Shown: positions 24,634-37,154, counted from the first letter of the stretch. The stretch: 58,165 bases of DNA from Octopus bimaculoides (GCF_001194135.2 NC_068989.1:96735244-96793408); one strand, 5' to 3'. The notes: generated by a model from the letters alone, not told the origin. Numbers and translations: made by a program.

Positions 24634-24706
24634 GCCTCAGTTTGTTGGCCCCAAACCTGGAACATATGTGGGGAGATTCATCATAGAGCGATGGAAAAAA
24701 TTGAAG
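24634..24706 (+). CDS. Candidate coding exon (RPQFVGPKPGTYVGRFIIERWKKLK); alternative extent 24634-24749 in another frame
   Basis: Strong acceptor ttactcttttatag; donors AAG|GTAACA (24707) and GCA|GTAAGT (24750). The phase-2 start continues the frame from 20107. Confidence 0.55.
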
Positions 24707-25647
24707 GTAACATTAATGCTGTGAATGAGCAACGGAAAGAGAAGATGCAGTAAGTAAACTCCAGTTTCCATTTCCATCTTTTCACTTGCTTTTTTTTTCC
24801 TTTTCAGAGCTTTTTTGTTTGTTTATTCACTGTATTTTGTGCCAAAAGTGGGAAACAATCTAATGTTTCATACACTTACCTTTTTCTAGGTAATAAAATA
24901 AATATATACAAATTATAAAAATAGTTAAAAACATATACAGTACAGCATTGTTCCTACTTCTCAGATTTTCCCCTATTGTGGGGGGTTTTTGAACTTAACA
25001 CTCACGATAGTCAAGGGATTTACTGTCAGTTCTTAGAAGTGTTTGAATTCACTCTGTTACATGAATTTAGAAAGAACTTACTGCATTTGCATTTTGTATG
25101 CAGAACACTCTTCCCACGATTATTTTCTCTCACCCATCATGTGATGATGTCGATATTCATAATCAGTATCATTTCCTGACTCTTCTTTCATTGTCATCAT
25201 CATCATCATCATCATCATTTTAATCTCTGCTTGGCCCATCCTTGCATCAGTCAGACAGGATGCATTGAAATAGCCTGATGCTCTTCCTGTTGCCAACATT
25301 CATCTGTTTCCAAGCAACATAACATTTTCCCTAAGCTGGACATGTCTTCATATAGCTGGTAAGTGTTTTATTGTTCATAATCTTTCCGGCACTCATTTTG
25401 TGGTGGCAATGAGTATAGAGGAATGGAAGTTGTTTCCATTGGCAGTGTCGGTATTTTTTTTGATTTAGTTTCTAAATCTGAAAGGTGATGATGATGATAA
25501 TGGTAGTGATAGTGGTTGAATGGATGTCTTTGTAAGTATGTGTGTCTGTATGTGTGTATGCATGTAAGTGCGTGTGTCTACATAAAATGGTGTATCAAGT
25601 TGTGTCCTTTTGCACTAAAAATTATTTAGCCATTTGATGAATAGAGA

Positions 25648-26375
25648 TCATCATCATCAAATGTCTGCTTTCTATGATGGCATGGGTTGGATGGTTTGAC
25701 TGGGGACTGGCAAGCCAGCGGGGTGCACCAGGCTCCAATCTGATCTGGCAAGGTTTCTGCAGCTGGATGCCCTTCCTAATGCCAACCAGTCCGAGAGTGT
25801 AGTGGGTGCTTTTTGCATGCTACCAGCACGGGGGCCAGTCAGGTGAAACTGGCATCAGCCATAGTCAAATAGTGCTTTTTGTGTGCCACCAGCATGGGAG
25901 TCAGTCTGATGGCACTGGCAACGACCATGCTCGAATGGTGCTTTTTACATTCCATCAGCACAGGACCACTTAGGCAGCACTGGCATCAGCCACAACAATG
26001 ATTTCACTTGCCTCAACAGGTCTTCTCAAGCATAGTATATTGTCTAGGGATTGAAGGGTACTCTTAAATGGGCCGGTTATGCGACACTGGCATAGACCAC
26101 AGCTACGATCTCACTTGGCTTGCCAGGTCTTCTCAGTCACTTGTCATTGCCTCTACGAAGCCCAACGTTTGAAGGTCGTGCTTCACCACGTCATCCCAGG
26201 TCTTCCTGGGCCTACCTCTTCCACAGGTTCCCTCCACTGTTAGGGAGTGACACTTCTTCACACTGCTGTCGTCATCCATACACAACACATGACCATACCA
26301 GTGCAGTCATCTCTGTTGCACACCATATCTGATGCTTCTTATGTCCAACTTTTCTCTCAGGCCGCTTACACACTG
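25648..26375 (-). mobile_element. 5'-truncated RTE LINE
   Basis: (CAT)n tail + 3' UTR + ORF end (GRPRKTWDDVVK-like), colinear with 6475-7140. Confidence 0.9.
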
Positions 26376-26869
26376 ATCGATAAAATGACAAGCAGACTGA
26401 AATAAGTACAGGAATTCAAAGTAAGTGACTACGAAACAGGACACAGCTGTACATAATCCATTGAATGAAAGAGAAAAGAGTAAGGTTACAATTGGAGGTT
26501 GGGGTAGAGTGTAATTGATTTCATAAACACCCTGTATTAGAATGCTTTGAACCCCACCTTCCCTCCCTCATAAGGATTAGGGTTAGGGTTAGGCTTAGAT
26601 CTATTTGAACCCAGAATAGATTGGATCATAAATGTCAGATTCGGAGTTTGATTTTCATCAGGTTCACAAAGCTTTTCGTTTTTACAGGATTTTTACACTT
26701 AGTGAAATGGCCTTCCTTATGTTCAGGGTTCATATTTTATGATACACTGAAGAGATAAAACCCTTCAGACAGGATTTCACCTTACAACAACAGCAGGGCA
26801 TCACATTAATCAGACGGTGGAGAAGTTATTTATTCTGATCATTTCAGCTGTTGTGCCATCCCAATGCTG

Positions 26870-27230
26870 TCTTCATTATCATCATCATCATCACCATCAG
26901 TATTATTGCCATCATAATCATTACCATCTCCACCACCACCACCACCATCATCATCATCATTACTATCACTGTTATAATCACCATAACTATTGCTATTTCT
27001 ACTACCATCATTTTCATTAATGCCATCATCATCATCATCACACCACCACAACCACTACAATCATCATTCTCATTATTACCACCATTGTCATCACAATGAC
27101 TCCTCTCATCATCCTCATCATCCTCATCATAATTGTCCTCACCACCACCTCCACCTACCACCACTGCCATTGTCTCCACAATGATTCCTATCATCATCAT
27201 CGTCATCATCATCATTGTAATTATCATTTT
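26870..27230. repeat. Compound (CAT)n/(CAC)n trinucleotide tract
   Basis: Direct inspection; source of poly-His/Ile/Asp ORFs. Confidence 0.92.
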
Positions 27231-27316
27231 AATGTCCAACTATTTTCCATGCTGGCTTTGCTAGAAGTATTTCGTAGTCAATAAATTAAGAGCAATCTGT
27301 GAATTTAAATTACCCA

Positions 27317-27600
27317 NNNNNNNNNNNNNNNNNNNNNNNNNNNNNNNNNNNNNNNNNNNNNNNNNNNNNNNNNNNNNNNNNNNNNNNNNNNNNNNNNNNN
27401 NNNNNNNNNNNNNNNNNNNNNNNNNNNNNNNNNNNNNNNNNNNNNNNNNNNNNNNNNNNNNNNNNNNNNNNNNNNNNNNNNNNNNNNNNNNNNNNNNNNN
27501 NNNNNNNNNNNNNNNNNNNNNNNNNNNNNNNNNNNNNNNNNNNNNNNNNNNNNNNNNNNNNNNNNNNNNNNNNNNNNNNNNNNNNNNNNNNNNNNNNNNN
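27317..27600. other. Assembly gap
   Basis: N run. Confidence 1.
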
Positions 27601-29521
27601 AAATTTTTTTCAGAATTAAAAAAAAAAAAAAACCATGAACTTTGCATTTGGACTTACCAAAATGGTCACTTTTTTCTTTGTTGACCAAACTCAGGAGGTT
27701 TGGAGGGATTTGTGAGTGTTTGTGTTTCACAATATTTGTTCTAAATTTCTGGTTTCAAATGTTTTCAAAATCAGTTTTTTCTGCCATTCTTTCAAGGTCA
27801 ATAGAATAAAAGACTAGTTCATTTAATCTACTAAACCCCACCCTTATCAAATTTGTGACCTTGTTCTCTCTCTCTCTCTCTCTCTCTCGCTCCCTATTTC
27901 TGTCTCTCCCTGCCTCTCTCTCTATTTGTCTCTTTCTCCCTCTTTCTTTCTCTCCCTCCCTTTCTCTCTCTCTCCCTCTCTATTTGTCATGCCTACAAGT
28001 ATTGGTACCATGGGCCTCCATGATCTTTTACTCCCCACACAACTCTCAGCACATTTTTTTGGTCATTGCATATATTCCATAAAGACTCATGGCTTTTCAT
28101 GGGAAAGATGCAGCAGTTGCTTCCTGTTACCTTCTGCAAGTTTATTTATTGTTTAATAATCTAGTCTTCTGCTCCCCCAGAGCTTCCCCTTTAAACGCAA
28201 GACCTATTCAACCCTTAGAGAGGGAGACAAGTTTATGTGATATCAGGTGAAACAATTGTAAACCAGGCACAATTTTATTTACCATATTTAGTCATGTATA
28301 AGTCACATCCCTAATTTCGTGTTATATCTTAGAACAAAATTGTTTCCTTCATAGTTTTGGCTTTGCATTAAGTCAGACTTCATCTTTTTTTTTTTTTTTT
28401 TTTTTTTTTTAGTTAAATTCAAATCTAAGAACATGTAACTTATACGCAAGTAAATACAGTAACTTTAGTTACAGATGAATGAGGACCTGATGTCGTTTGG
28501 TGATAAAATTCGATATTTTGAACTATTTTAAATTAAACAACTGCATTTCCACCAAACATTTCATTCCTCTTTATTTTCAATCAAAACTGCAAGCAAACAT
28601 TTCAGGTCGTTTCTCATCATATATTTTATTTTGTAATACTGTTATTAATCAGAGATTTTCTGTTTCATGTTGTGGCAGTTGTGTATCCTTTTAGAGATTT
28701 CACAAAAGTGATGACACAAAGCTAAAATTACCACCATCATGTATAATTTAGCATCAATTTTCGCCTGCTGATTTAAATAAGTCAGCAAAATAACCCTTTG
28801 TGTTCTAGTGTTTATCATCCATTGTATCTGATATTTTCAGTTCCCAAAGAGCACATTCAATTACTAGAGAAATACAAATTATTTTCATTCTCAACTTTGC
28901 CATCTTAACCAACACCTGTGTTCCTCTCTATTTACTGAAGTCATCTCTCTTATACACAACTTTGATAAACTCTAATTCCCAACTGCTTTATATGTTTTTT
29001 TTTTCCTTTGTTTTGCCACCACCATCACCATCACCACCCTACCGTTGTTTATTTTACAAGTCTTTTACAGATTCATTTATAACTCCAATAATTTATATTT
29101 CAGTCAATCTTCTTCAGTTTTTAAATGTCTTCTTTCCCAGTTATTACTCACATGTCTAATATTATACCATATCATAATTCTGAGACACATGGCACCATCT
29201 AGTTGTCCTCCCTGAACATAGACAAATTACAAAGCAACCATAACAAAGCTAGGAAGACAATTCCAAAGCAAGACACCTTTATAAGCTGGATTCAGGTAGA
29301 ACGTTTCTAAAGAAACTTTTAACTCATTGCTTCACATTTTTCAATGCTATTGGAATCATAATTTGTGTCATAAAGTCAGGTCATAGTTATAACCTGACTT
29401 TATTAACAGACATCAGATAGTTTTAGTGTGTCATTATGACAGTATATGTCATTGTTCTGATTTATTCATTGAAAGAAGAAAAGAAAATAATACATTATTG
29501 TTCATTTGCTTTAAAATTGCA

Positions 29522-29567
<46 letters not shown>

Positions 29568-29789
29568 GTAATAATAATGATAATAGTATTAAATGAGAAT
29601 AATCTCTAAAAAATTCAAACTAAAATTTTGCAGAATCTTTTTCTTGTTTTTAAATCTTATCGAAGGAAAAATGGAGAAGAAAGAATCATTAAGAAAGCTA
29701 ATTACAATACTCATCAAATCTGCAAAAGCTGAAGAGATTAAAGTGTTCGCATATCTTCGGCTTTTCTTTCTCGACCAACGCCTGTGTTT

Positions 29790-30033
29790 TTTAACACTTT
29801 CATTTGTTTCAGTCATTGGACTGCAGCCATTCTGGGAAACCGGCCTTGAAGGGTTCAGTTGAGCAAATCAACTGCAGCACTTAATTTTAAGTGTAGCATT
29901 TATTCTGTCAGTCTCTTTTGCTGAACTGATTAGTTATGAGGATGTAAATAAACCAACACCAGTCATCAAGCAGTGATGTGAACATAAACACAAAGACACA
30001 CATATATATATACATATAACTATATATATATAT

Positions 30034-30065
<32 letters not shown>

Positions 30066-30245
30066 TGCATGCACACACACATGCATGCACAACAAGCTTC
30101 CAAACAGTTTCTTGGCACCAAATTCACTCACAAGACATTCGTTAGCCCAGGCTTTCTAGTAGACACTTACCCAATGTGTCACATAGTGGGACTGAACCCA
30201 AAACCATGTGGTTACAAAGTGATCTTAACCACACAGGCATGCGCC
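29790..30245 (-). mobile_element. SINE family A, full-length, diverged
   Basis: 3' half, central (TA)/(CA) tract and 5' half (gtgggactgaaccc...aaccacacaggcatgcgcc) all present. Confidence 0.8.
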
Positions 30246-30249
30246 CACT

Positions 30250-30630
30250 TCTTACCTCCGCCTTAGTAAAGGCAGAGGTATTGTTTTCAGTTGTGTTTGT
30301 TTGTTTGTCTGTGGACAAGACATCTCAAGAACCGCTGGATGGATTCAGATGAAACTTTCAGGGATGTTTGGCCTCATGACGCTGGTATCAACTGATTAGA
30401 TTTGGGGATTGATCGAGTACCAGACAAGGATTCTGAATTATTTTGAGTTTTTTTGTTTTTTTTTTCACTTAATTTTTAAGAGTGGTTTGGTTCATTTTTA
30501 GTATTCTTGTTTGTGAGAGTAGACGACTTTATTTCAGATATTCTCATTTTAAAAAATCATCTCCGGCTAATCATTGAGAGGACGTTGGTCTTGCCTTGGT
30601 GGAGGTTTGCACTCCCTGAGTGCTCTTGTT
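30250..30630 (+). mobile_element. Non-autonomous Helentron-type (HINE/DINE-1-like) element
   Basis: 5' ttACCTCCGCCTT with hairpin, (GTTT)n tract, 3' subterminal IR CCTTGGTGGAGGT, stem-loop GCACTC-cct-GAGTGC, T-rich end. Confidence 0.6.
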
Positions 30631-31339
30631 TATTTTGTTTTGCTTTGTTTTCCATGCCAGGATAAATTTGAAATTTGTCTTATCTCTTACTGGTAGGGTA
30701 TTCATTGGCGTATTTATGGGTAGAGGTTATCAGTTTGATGTGGAAAACACAACTACACCTGCAGTCTTCTCAGGTCTTCTATGAGCAACAAGATTGATGC
30801 TGTCAATGTTCCACTAATAATTTTTACACTTTGTCTGTCAACACCAAGTTTAAGTGTTTAGCATTCAGATTACCTTTTTTTTTAAAAAATGTGAATTTTA
30901 TTTATTCACATTATTTTGAATTAATCCTGCTTTATCCTGTATCTTTTTATTTTGATGGTGCAATTGCTTATTTTGAGAACGTCATTGTAGGGTAAGTGCG
31001 AGAGGCGAGATCTGACTGTTTTGAAGATAAAATGAGTCGAGTTGAAACCACTACTTGGGGTGTTGAAGGCCTTCAGCAGACTACCCTCCCTATATGCTGA
31101 TGCAAAGTATTCATGCCAGGTCTCCTGTTTTAGGATATCTCCTCTCTCTTTCTATCTCCTCCCCCTCCCCTATCTCACTTGGCTCTACAAAGGGTCATAG
31201 ACATTTCTTTCCTTACTGACTAAAAGATTACATTAAAAAATATATATATCGCTGACTGCCAGAATAAACATGTACAAAGAAGGATTTTCTAAGGAAGTGA
31301 CATTTGGAGGAGGAATGAGTGAGGTCTGAGAAATGGACA

Positions 31340-31880
31340 CACTATGAGTGACAAGAAGAGAAGAGACATATTAGTGAGAATATCAAATTGGAGATCTCCC
31401 AGACCAACCTGCTAGAATAGGTTTGGTATTTGCATGAACCATAGGAGAATATTATCGGGGGTACATAGGGTTGTTTTGTTTTTAAATTGATTTTGTGAAA
31501 ATGGGGATGAACTAATGACTTTTGCAGGCCCTCCATGATTAGTAGGATTAATGCAATTAATCTGAATTGCATCTCTAATCTAAACTGAAGTTTGGTTTTA
31601 AGTGGAAGAGGTTTGAGTGGGCTGGTAGCCAGCTTCCTGTCAATCCATCGGGTGGCTCTTCTTTGGATGCAGCCTGAGGTGTTTGCATGAATATTTGTAG
31701 TCTGATCAATAAGTATCCAGACTGTTGCCATAGTAAAGAAGCTAAAGCATGCAGAGTAAAGCCACTTGGCACAGACTGGCCTTAAACTCTGCTGTGCATT
31801 GAGTTTGAACATCCTAGCTCACTTCCACTGTTTACAGCAGTACCTGGAAGGAAGGTGTGTAGCATGTGATTTAAGGAAGA
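31340..31880 (-). mobile_element. Decayed L2/CR1-like LINE fragment
   Basis: IQRRATRWIDRKLATSPLKPL; 31690-31865 is homologous to 47215-47390. Confidence 0.55.
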
Positions 31881-32399
31881 ATGGCAATACTCCATGGCTC
31901 TGACAAAGGGTTCAAATTGGTTTTATGAAAGTAGTTAACATTTAGTTTGAAATTCTAAATACTGTTATTAGACTTGTAGTTGAATGCATCTAGTAAAATA
32001 TAAAATCATTAAAAGCCCAAAGGGACCCAAACTCCCTAATGAGTTTTTCTTAGTTATGTGTTCAGATCTGACTTACTGGAAAACCTGAAAAAATAAACTA
32101 CATACTGAATATAATAATATTTTCTTCCCAAATAATGAGAGCAAATATAACAGAAATATGATATGTACAAAACACACAATCTATGAAATATTGCTATAAA
32201 ACACTGAATACAAAGATATCACCATACACGTATATTTGGGAAATATCTATTGTGTAAAGACCACATGTATAGAAAATTGTATCATGTAGGAAAACATCAA
32301 ATATGAAGTGGTATAACAATAAAAAAAAAATTGTAACTTGTAAGAAAATATGATCACTCAAATATGCAGTATATTCCAGTTATGAATATATTGCAATGT

Positions 32400-32413
32400 A
32401 AATGACATTTTTA

Positions 32414-32468
<55 letters not shown>

Positions 32469-32670
32469 ACATATACATGCATACATATAAATATATATAT
32501 ACACACACACATACACACTCCTGTATACATACATATGTGTATATTCACACACACACACACACACACATATATGTATATATATATACATATATATACACAC
32601 ACACACACATATATGAATGTATTCATATACATACATGCATACACACATATATATATATATATATATATCA
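32400..32670. repeat. Compound (TA)n/(CA)n microsatellite
   Basis: Direct inspection. Confidence 0.95.
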
Positions 32671-33653
32671 CAAATTTTTTAGAAAGCATATTTCATATTT
32701 TGTTATTACAAAACAAATGTACATATAAACTGGCTAAATATTGAAATAATGAAACTCAATTGCTCGTACGATCTCTAATATTCTACTATTACAACTCAAA
32801 TATTTTATATTTATCAAATATTAAAAAAAGGAGAAACATATCGAATATACATAAATTACAATATTAATTTCATGAGAAAACTATAGTATATTTTACTGTA
32901 GATCAAAATTGAAATATTTTCCACCATATTTTGGGGTTTCTTTTTTTTTTTTAATCTTTTTCTTCTTTTTTCACACTTTCTCTTGTTTCTTCTTATTTTT
33001 TTCTTATATAAACTTGAAATTTTTCCCAGTTTGATGTTGTCATGGAAATAATTTGAAATTATTTACATTTCATGAGTATTTCAATTTCTTTTGTATAAAC
33101 CCAAATTTCCAAGACTTTCCAACTAGTTATTTATGCAATTCTGAGATTGTTTCAGACTATTTATGCAACTATTTTGATGCTGTCATTTCAAGTGGAAACT
33201 CTTTTCAGTAAACATAAAGAAATGATATTTAAAAAAAAGGCATCCAAGAGAGAGAAGTCATGAAAAGAGCTATGAAGGGCTAAATGCAATTTGTTTGAAA
33301 TGAGAAGATAATTGTTGAAAAGGAGAAAAAGCGGGGTTCAGAATCTTTCTTCTTTCTTCATCTAGAGTTGTTGCTTGGTCTATAGGTACTCACTTCTATG
33401 GATTAGAAATAATGAACACAGTTCGATTTAGCTTCTTTTTTCATTCAGCCACCTTCATTTCATCAACTGAAAGACCATTTCATTTTGTCTGATAGTCTAT
33501 TCATGTTACAGTAGTTTTTTCCAAATCCTTTTGCCTGTGTCAGTAACCAAGAGATCACTGCCACATTATACTACATAAAAGCAACATTTAACCTTACGTA
33601 TAAATACTGTACCAGACGAAAGAAGTTCAGTGACTTCTAAGCTTCACATTTAC

Positions 33654-33890
33654 CCTCATACGTTTATATGTAAGTAAACACATCCAGTGAAATCCATGTT
33701 CGATTCTAAAAGTAAAAAATAATCCTTTCAAAGAGTGGTTAGACAGCAGAATACCACCAACTTCCTCTCCAGCCATATGGTCCAAGAAATTCTCTATTTT
33801 AAATGCATTTGGTGCTGCAGGAATGTCAATTTCACTTCCAATAAAACCATGTGACCTGGTCTTGACCAATGGCAGCCCAGTTAAGGGTAG
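33654..33890 (-). CDS. Unassigned open frame in non-repetitive DNA (LPLVKTRSHGFIGSEIDIPAAPNAFKIENFLDHMAGEEVGGILLSNHSLKG...)
   Basis: About 79 codons open with ordinary composition, AGG|GTAAAT donor-like site at 33653; acceptor weak; no family recognised. Confidence 0.2.
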
Positions 33891-34002
33891 CTATCTTTGA
33901 CTGCCGACATCTCTCCATTCAGCTAACTGGGTCTAACCAACAAGGTTTCTGTAAGAAGCCTACAAACTTTAAATTATATGGGACTGAATCAAACTGTATT
34001 AA

Positions 34003-34020
34003 ATGATGATGATGATGATG

Positions 34021-34070
<50 letters not shown>
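34003..34070. repeat. (TGA)n(TAA)n microsatellite
   Basis: Direct inspection; abuts the 5' truncation point of the R4-like element. Confidence 0.95.
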
Positions 34071-34071
<1 letters not shown>

Positions 34072-35560
34072 TGCTTGGAGGACTGCTATGCACTGTGAAA
34101 GCATTCAGTGATGACACTTGAATGGAATTTGGTCTTGATAAATGTACCAAGGTCATTTCCAGATAGGGAACCTGAAGACCTCACATTCAGTGGTGTTTGA
34201 TGTTGACACATTCATAAAAGAACTCGAGCAGGAACAAACTTTCCAAATACCTCGGAATAAATGAAGGCTCAAGCATTCAACATGCAAGTGTAAAAAAGAA
34301 GATCAGGAAGGAGTGTTACAGGAGAGTCCAAGAAGTCCTAAAATCCGAGTTAGATACACACAACAAGGTGTTAGCTATAAATTCCTTAGCAGTTCCAGTC
34401 GTTATTTACAGTTTCAATGTATTGAACTGGAATATGAGAGAAATAAGGAAGATTGACAAGAAAATCCATAAGCCGGTGACCTGCAATAAGATGCACCACC
34501 CAAAGGCAGACACAGATCGTGTTTACCTGCCCTGAGCTGAAGGAGGTTGAAGCTTGATCCAATTGGAAATCTACAAAACCATGACAATTGGATTGGCTAA
34601 ATATCTTGAAACATCAGACAACTGGATGCTAAAGCTCGTTGAAAACCATGAAAGACGTAAGAAGCTTCATTCTGTTATGAAGAAGAGAAAAAAAAATTTC
34701 AAGTGAGTTTATGCATAATACTCAGGTCGAACAGCATGATGGAAGTGCAGTGACTGTAGTTGCAAAGAAGGCGAAATCAATAGCAAAACAAAATGCGCTT
34801 GAACAATTGGGTGATAGGTAGGAACAAAAACCTCTGCATGGCAAATATGTGGCCCGTAGCAAACAAGCTGATGTAGACTAGAAGTGCACTCATCAGTGGC
34901 TACAGAGCTCAGGGCTAAAGGCAGAGAGTGAAGCTTTATCTTCGCTGCCCAAAATCAAAGCTGATTGACCCAGAAATAACAAGTCAGTGTGATGAAAAAT
35001 GGCGAAGACCCAAAGTGCCGATACTGCAATGATGGGATAGAAACAGTCAACCACCTAATCTCTGGATATAAGGTTTAGCACCTGTAGAGTCCAAATCAAG
35101 ACATGACAAAGTTGGCCAATATATAGGTTGGATAATGTGTCGGTATTATAAAATCAAAACTGCTGACAAATTGTACAAGTACCACCCTGAGGCTGTAACT
35201 GAGGGAGAAAATGTAACTATTTCCAGTATGTACAGATCGAACCATCAAGGCAAATAAACCAGATATTGTTGTGAAAGACCAAAACAATAAAATCTGTTTA
35301 TTGATTGACATGAGGATACCTTGTGACTATAATATCTCAGCAAAAGAATTTGATAAGTTCAGAAAATATAAAGATCTGCTACTCGAAATGGAAAAGATGT
35401 GGCATCTGAAGATGGTTGCAATACCAGTGATTGTGGGAAGACTTGGAATGATGAAAAAAGGAACTGAAAATTATACGAGGATGATCCTTGATTTACTCAT
35501 CCTTGCAGGAAGTGCAAAGGATTGTCTTAACTGGGAACTGGTCACACATATTGAGAAGAA
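34071..35560 (+). mobile_element. 5'-truncated R4/Dong-like RLE non-LTR retrotransposon (copy 1), disrupted
   Basis: MEFGLDKC, KYLGINE, NKVLAINSLAVPVV, MHHPKAD...LP..EGG, zinc finger KCRYC...ETVNHL, RLE motif NKPDIVVKDQNNKICLLIDMRIP...KYKDL. Confidence 0.9.
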
Positions 35561-35821
35561 CATTGTCACTGTGAATTTTCTTTCCTCCCCCCACATTATT
35601 TTATTTGTTTACTTTTCTATTTTTTATTTTTTCCTTTTTCTCTCTGTCTTCCCCTTTTTCTCTGTCACACAACTCTGTAAATGAACAATCTGGTGTGCTT
35701 GTTTTAATGGCCTACCAATGTATACAGTACGTTTCTCTGCCCTAGGTGTCAGGAGGATACTCGGCAAGAAATGGAAACAAAATTGAAAGAAGATGCAAAT
35801 AAAAATGATAATAATAATAAC

Positions 35822-36736
35822 AAGCAGAAGGAAACTGAGGAGCAGTGGAGCCAGAAGTTTCTTCGTGGACAGTATATACTTCAAAGTCAAAATGTTGATT
35901 TAGACCAAGCAACAATCCACCAGTGGCTGAGAAGTTCAGGACTGAAAGCAGTGACTGATCATTTCATATTGGCAGCACAAGATCAAAGCTTGCTTACCAA
36001 AAACTACCAGACTAACTTTCTTCAAAACGGTTCTGATACTAAATGCAGATTCTGCGACACATTTGATGAAACAATAAACCATCTTGTATCAAGATATCTT
36101 GTGCTGACACCAAACAAATACAAAAATTGCCACGAAAAGGTAGGACAGTATTTACATTGGAAAATATGTAAACACTACAAAATCAGCACTCCTGCTTACT
36201 GGTACGAACACCATCGTGAGCCAGTCGTTGAAGGTAAAAATGGGATTTTCCAGTCAACAATGACAGAACAATCAGGTTTATTGACCAGACATAATTATTA
36301 AAGACAGGGAAGAAAATACTTGTAGATTAATAGATGTGTTTCCACTGATGAAAATATATCTGTAAAGGAATTTGACAAATTAAGTAAAAAGAAGGACCTG
36401 GAAATTGAAATACAAAAGATGTGGCATCTTAAAGTGAGAACTGTTTCTGTTATTGTAGGTGCCCTAGGAACGATAAGAAAGGAATGTCAGAAACATTTAT
36501 GTAAGATCCCAGGAGAACCATGTCTCAGAGAAATCCAAAAGATTGTGCTGACAGGTGCTGCCCATATCCTTAGAAAAACCCTATCCATTTGAATGTCTGT
36601 GTTGTATTATATGAAGATATTTCACTATCTCTCCTCCTCAAACTTTCAGTCATACTGTAACATCTCTTTTCATTCAGTCGCCCCAAGACACTGTGTGTTT
36701 CTTGGTAAGTGACTGTAACAAAGATGCAGATGAAAT
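35822..36736 (+). mobile_element. 5'-truncated R4/Dong-like element (copy 2) with 3' UTR, flanked by (TAA)n on both sides
   Basis: WLRSSGLKA...ILAAQDQSLLTKNY...KCRFCDTFDETINHLVS, then RLE and ...HILRKTLSI*. TAA tracts at 35804-35821 and 36737-36779. Confidence 0.9.
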
Positions 36737-36909
36737 GTAATAATAATAATAATGATAATAATAATAATAATAATAATAAGGGTACTCCAGGCATATGTCT
36801 GATGTACCCTTATCAGAGAGGTGGTCATAATGGGTATGCTAGGCCTCGTATATTTTACCCCAGTGTTACTTTCATGGCATGCTCTGCTGTCTCACTCAAT
36901 AATAATGAC

Positions 36910-37110
36910 AATAATAATAATCCTTTCTACTATAGACACAAACCCTGAAATTTTTGGGGAGGGGACTAGTCAATTACACCAACCCCAGTGTTTCACTGGT
37001 ACTTAATTTATTGACCCCTAAAAGGATGAAAGGCAAAGTCAACGTGGGTGGAATTTGAACCCTGAATGCAAAGACAGATGAAGTACTGCTAAGCATTCCC
37101 AGCATACTAA
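36910..37110 (-). mobile_element. SINE family B, with (TTA)n tail
   Basis: ctggtacttaatttattgacccc..aaaggatgaaaggcaaagtcaac...ggaatttgaacc. Confidence 0.8.

Positions 37111-37154
<44 letters not shown>

Noticed and set aside
26817-27284. Poly-His/Ile/Asp/Met ORFs (also those at 1173-1535, 16258-16580, 32358-32744, 39082-39403, 42482-42838, 57102-57678)
   Set aside because: Translations of di- and trinucleotide repeats, open in several frames on both strands; no coding evidence.
29372-29401. 10-bp perfect hairpin aaagtcaggt...acctgacttt
   Set aside because: Short enough to occur by chance in 58 kb; no associated element.
33420-33480. SAP-domain-like LSVDEMKVAE*KKKLNR on the minus strand
   Set aside because: In-frame stop, very short, no supporting context.
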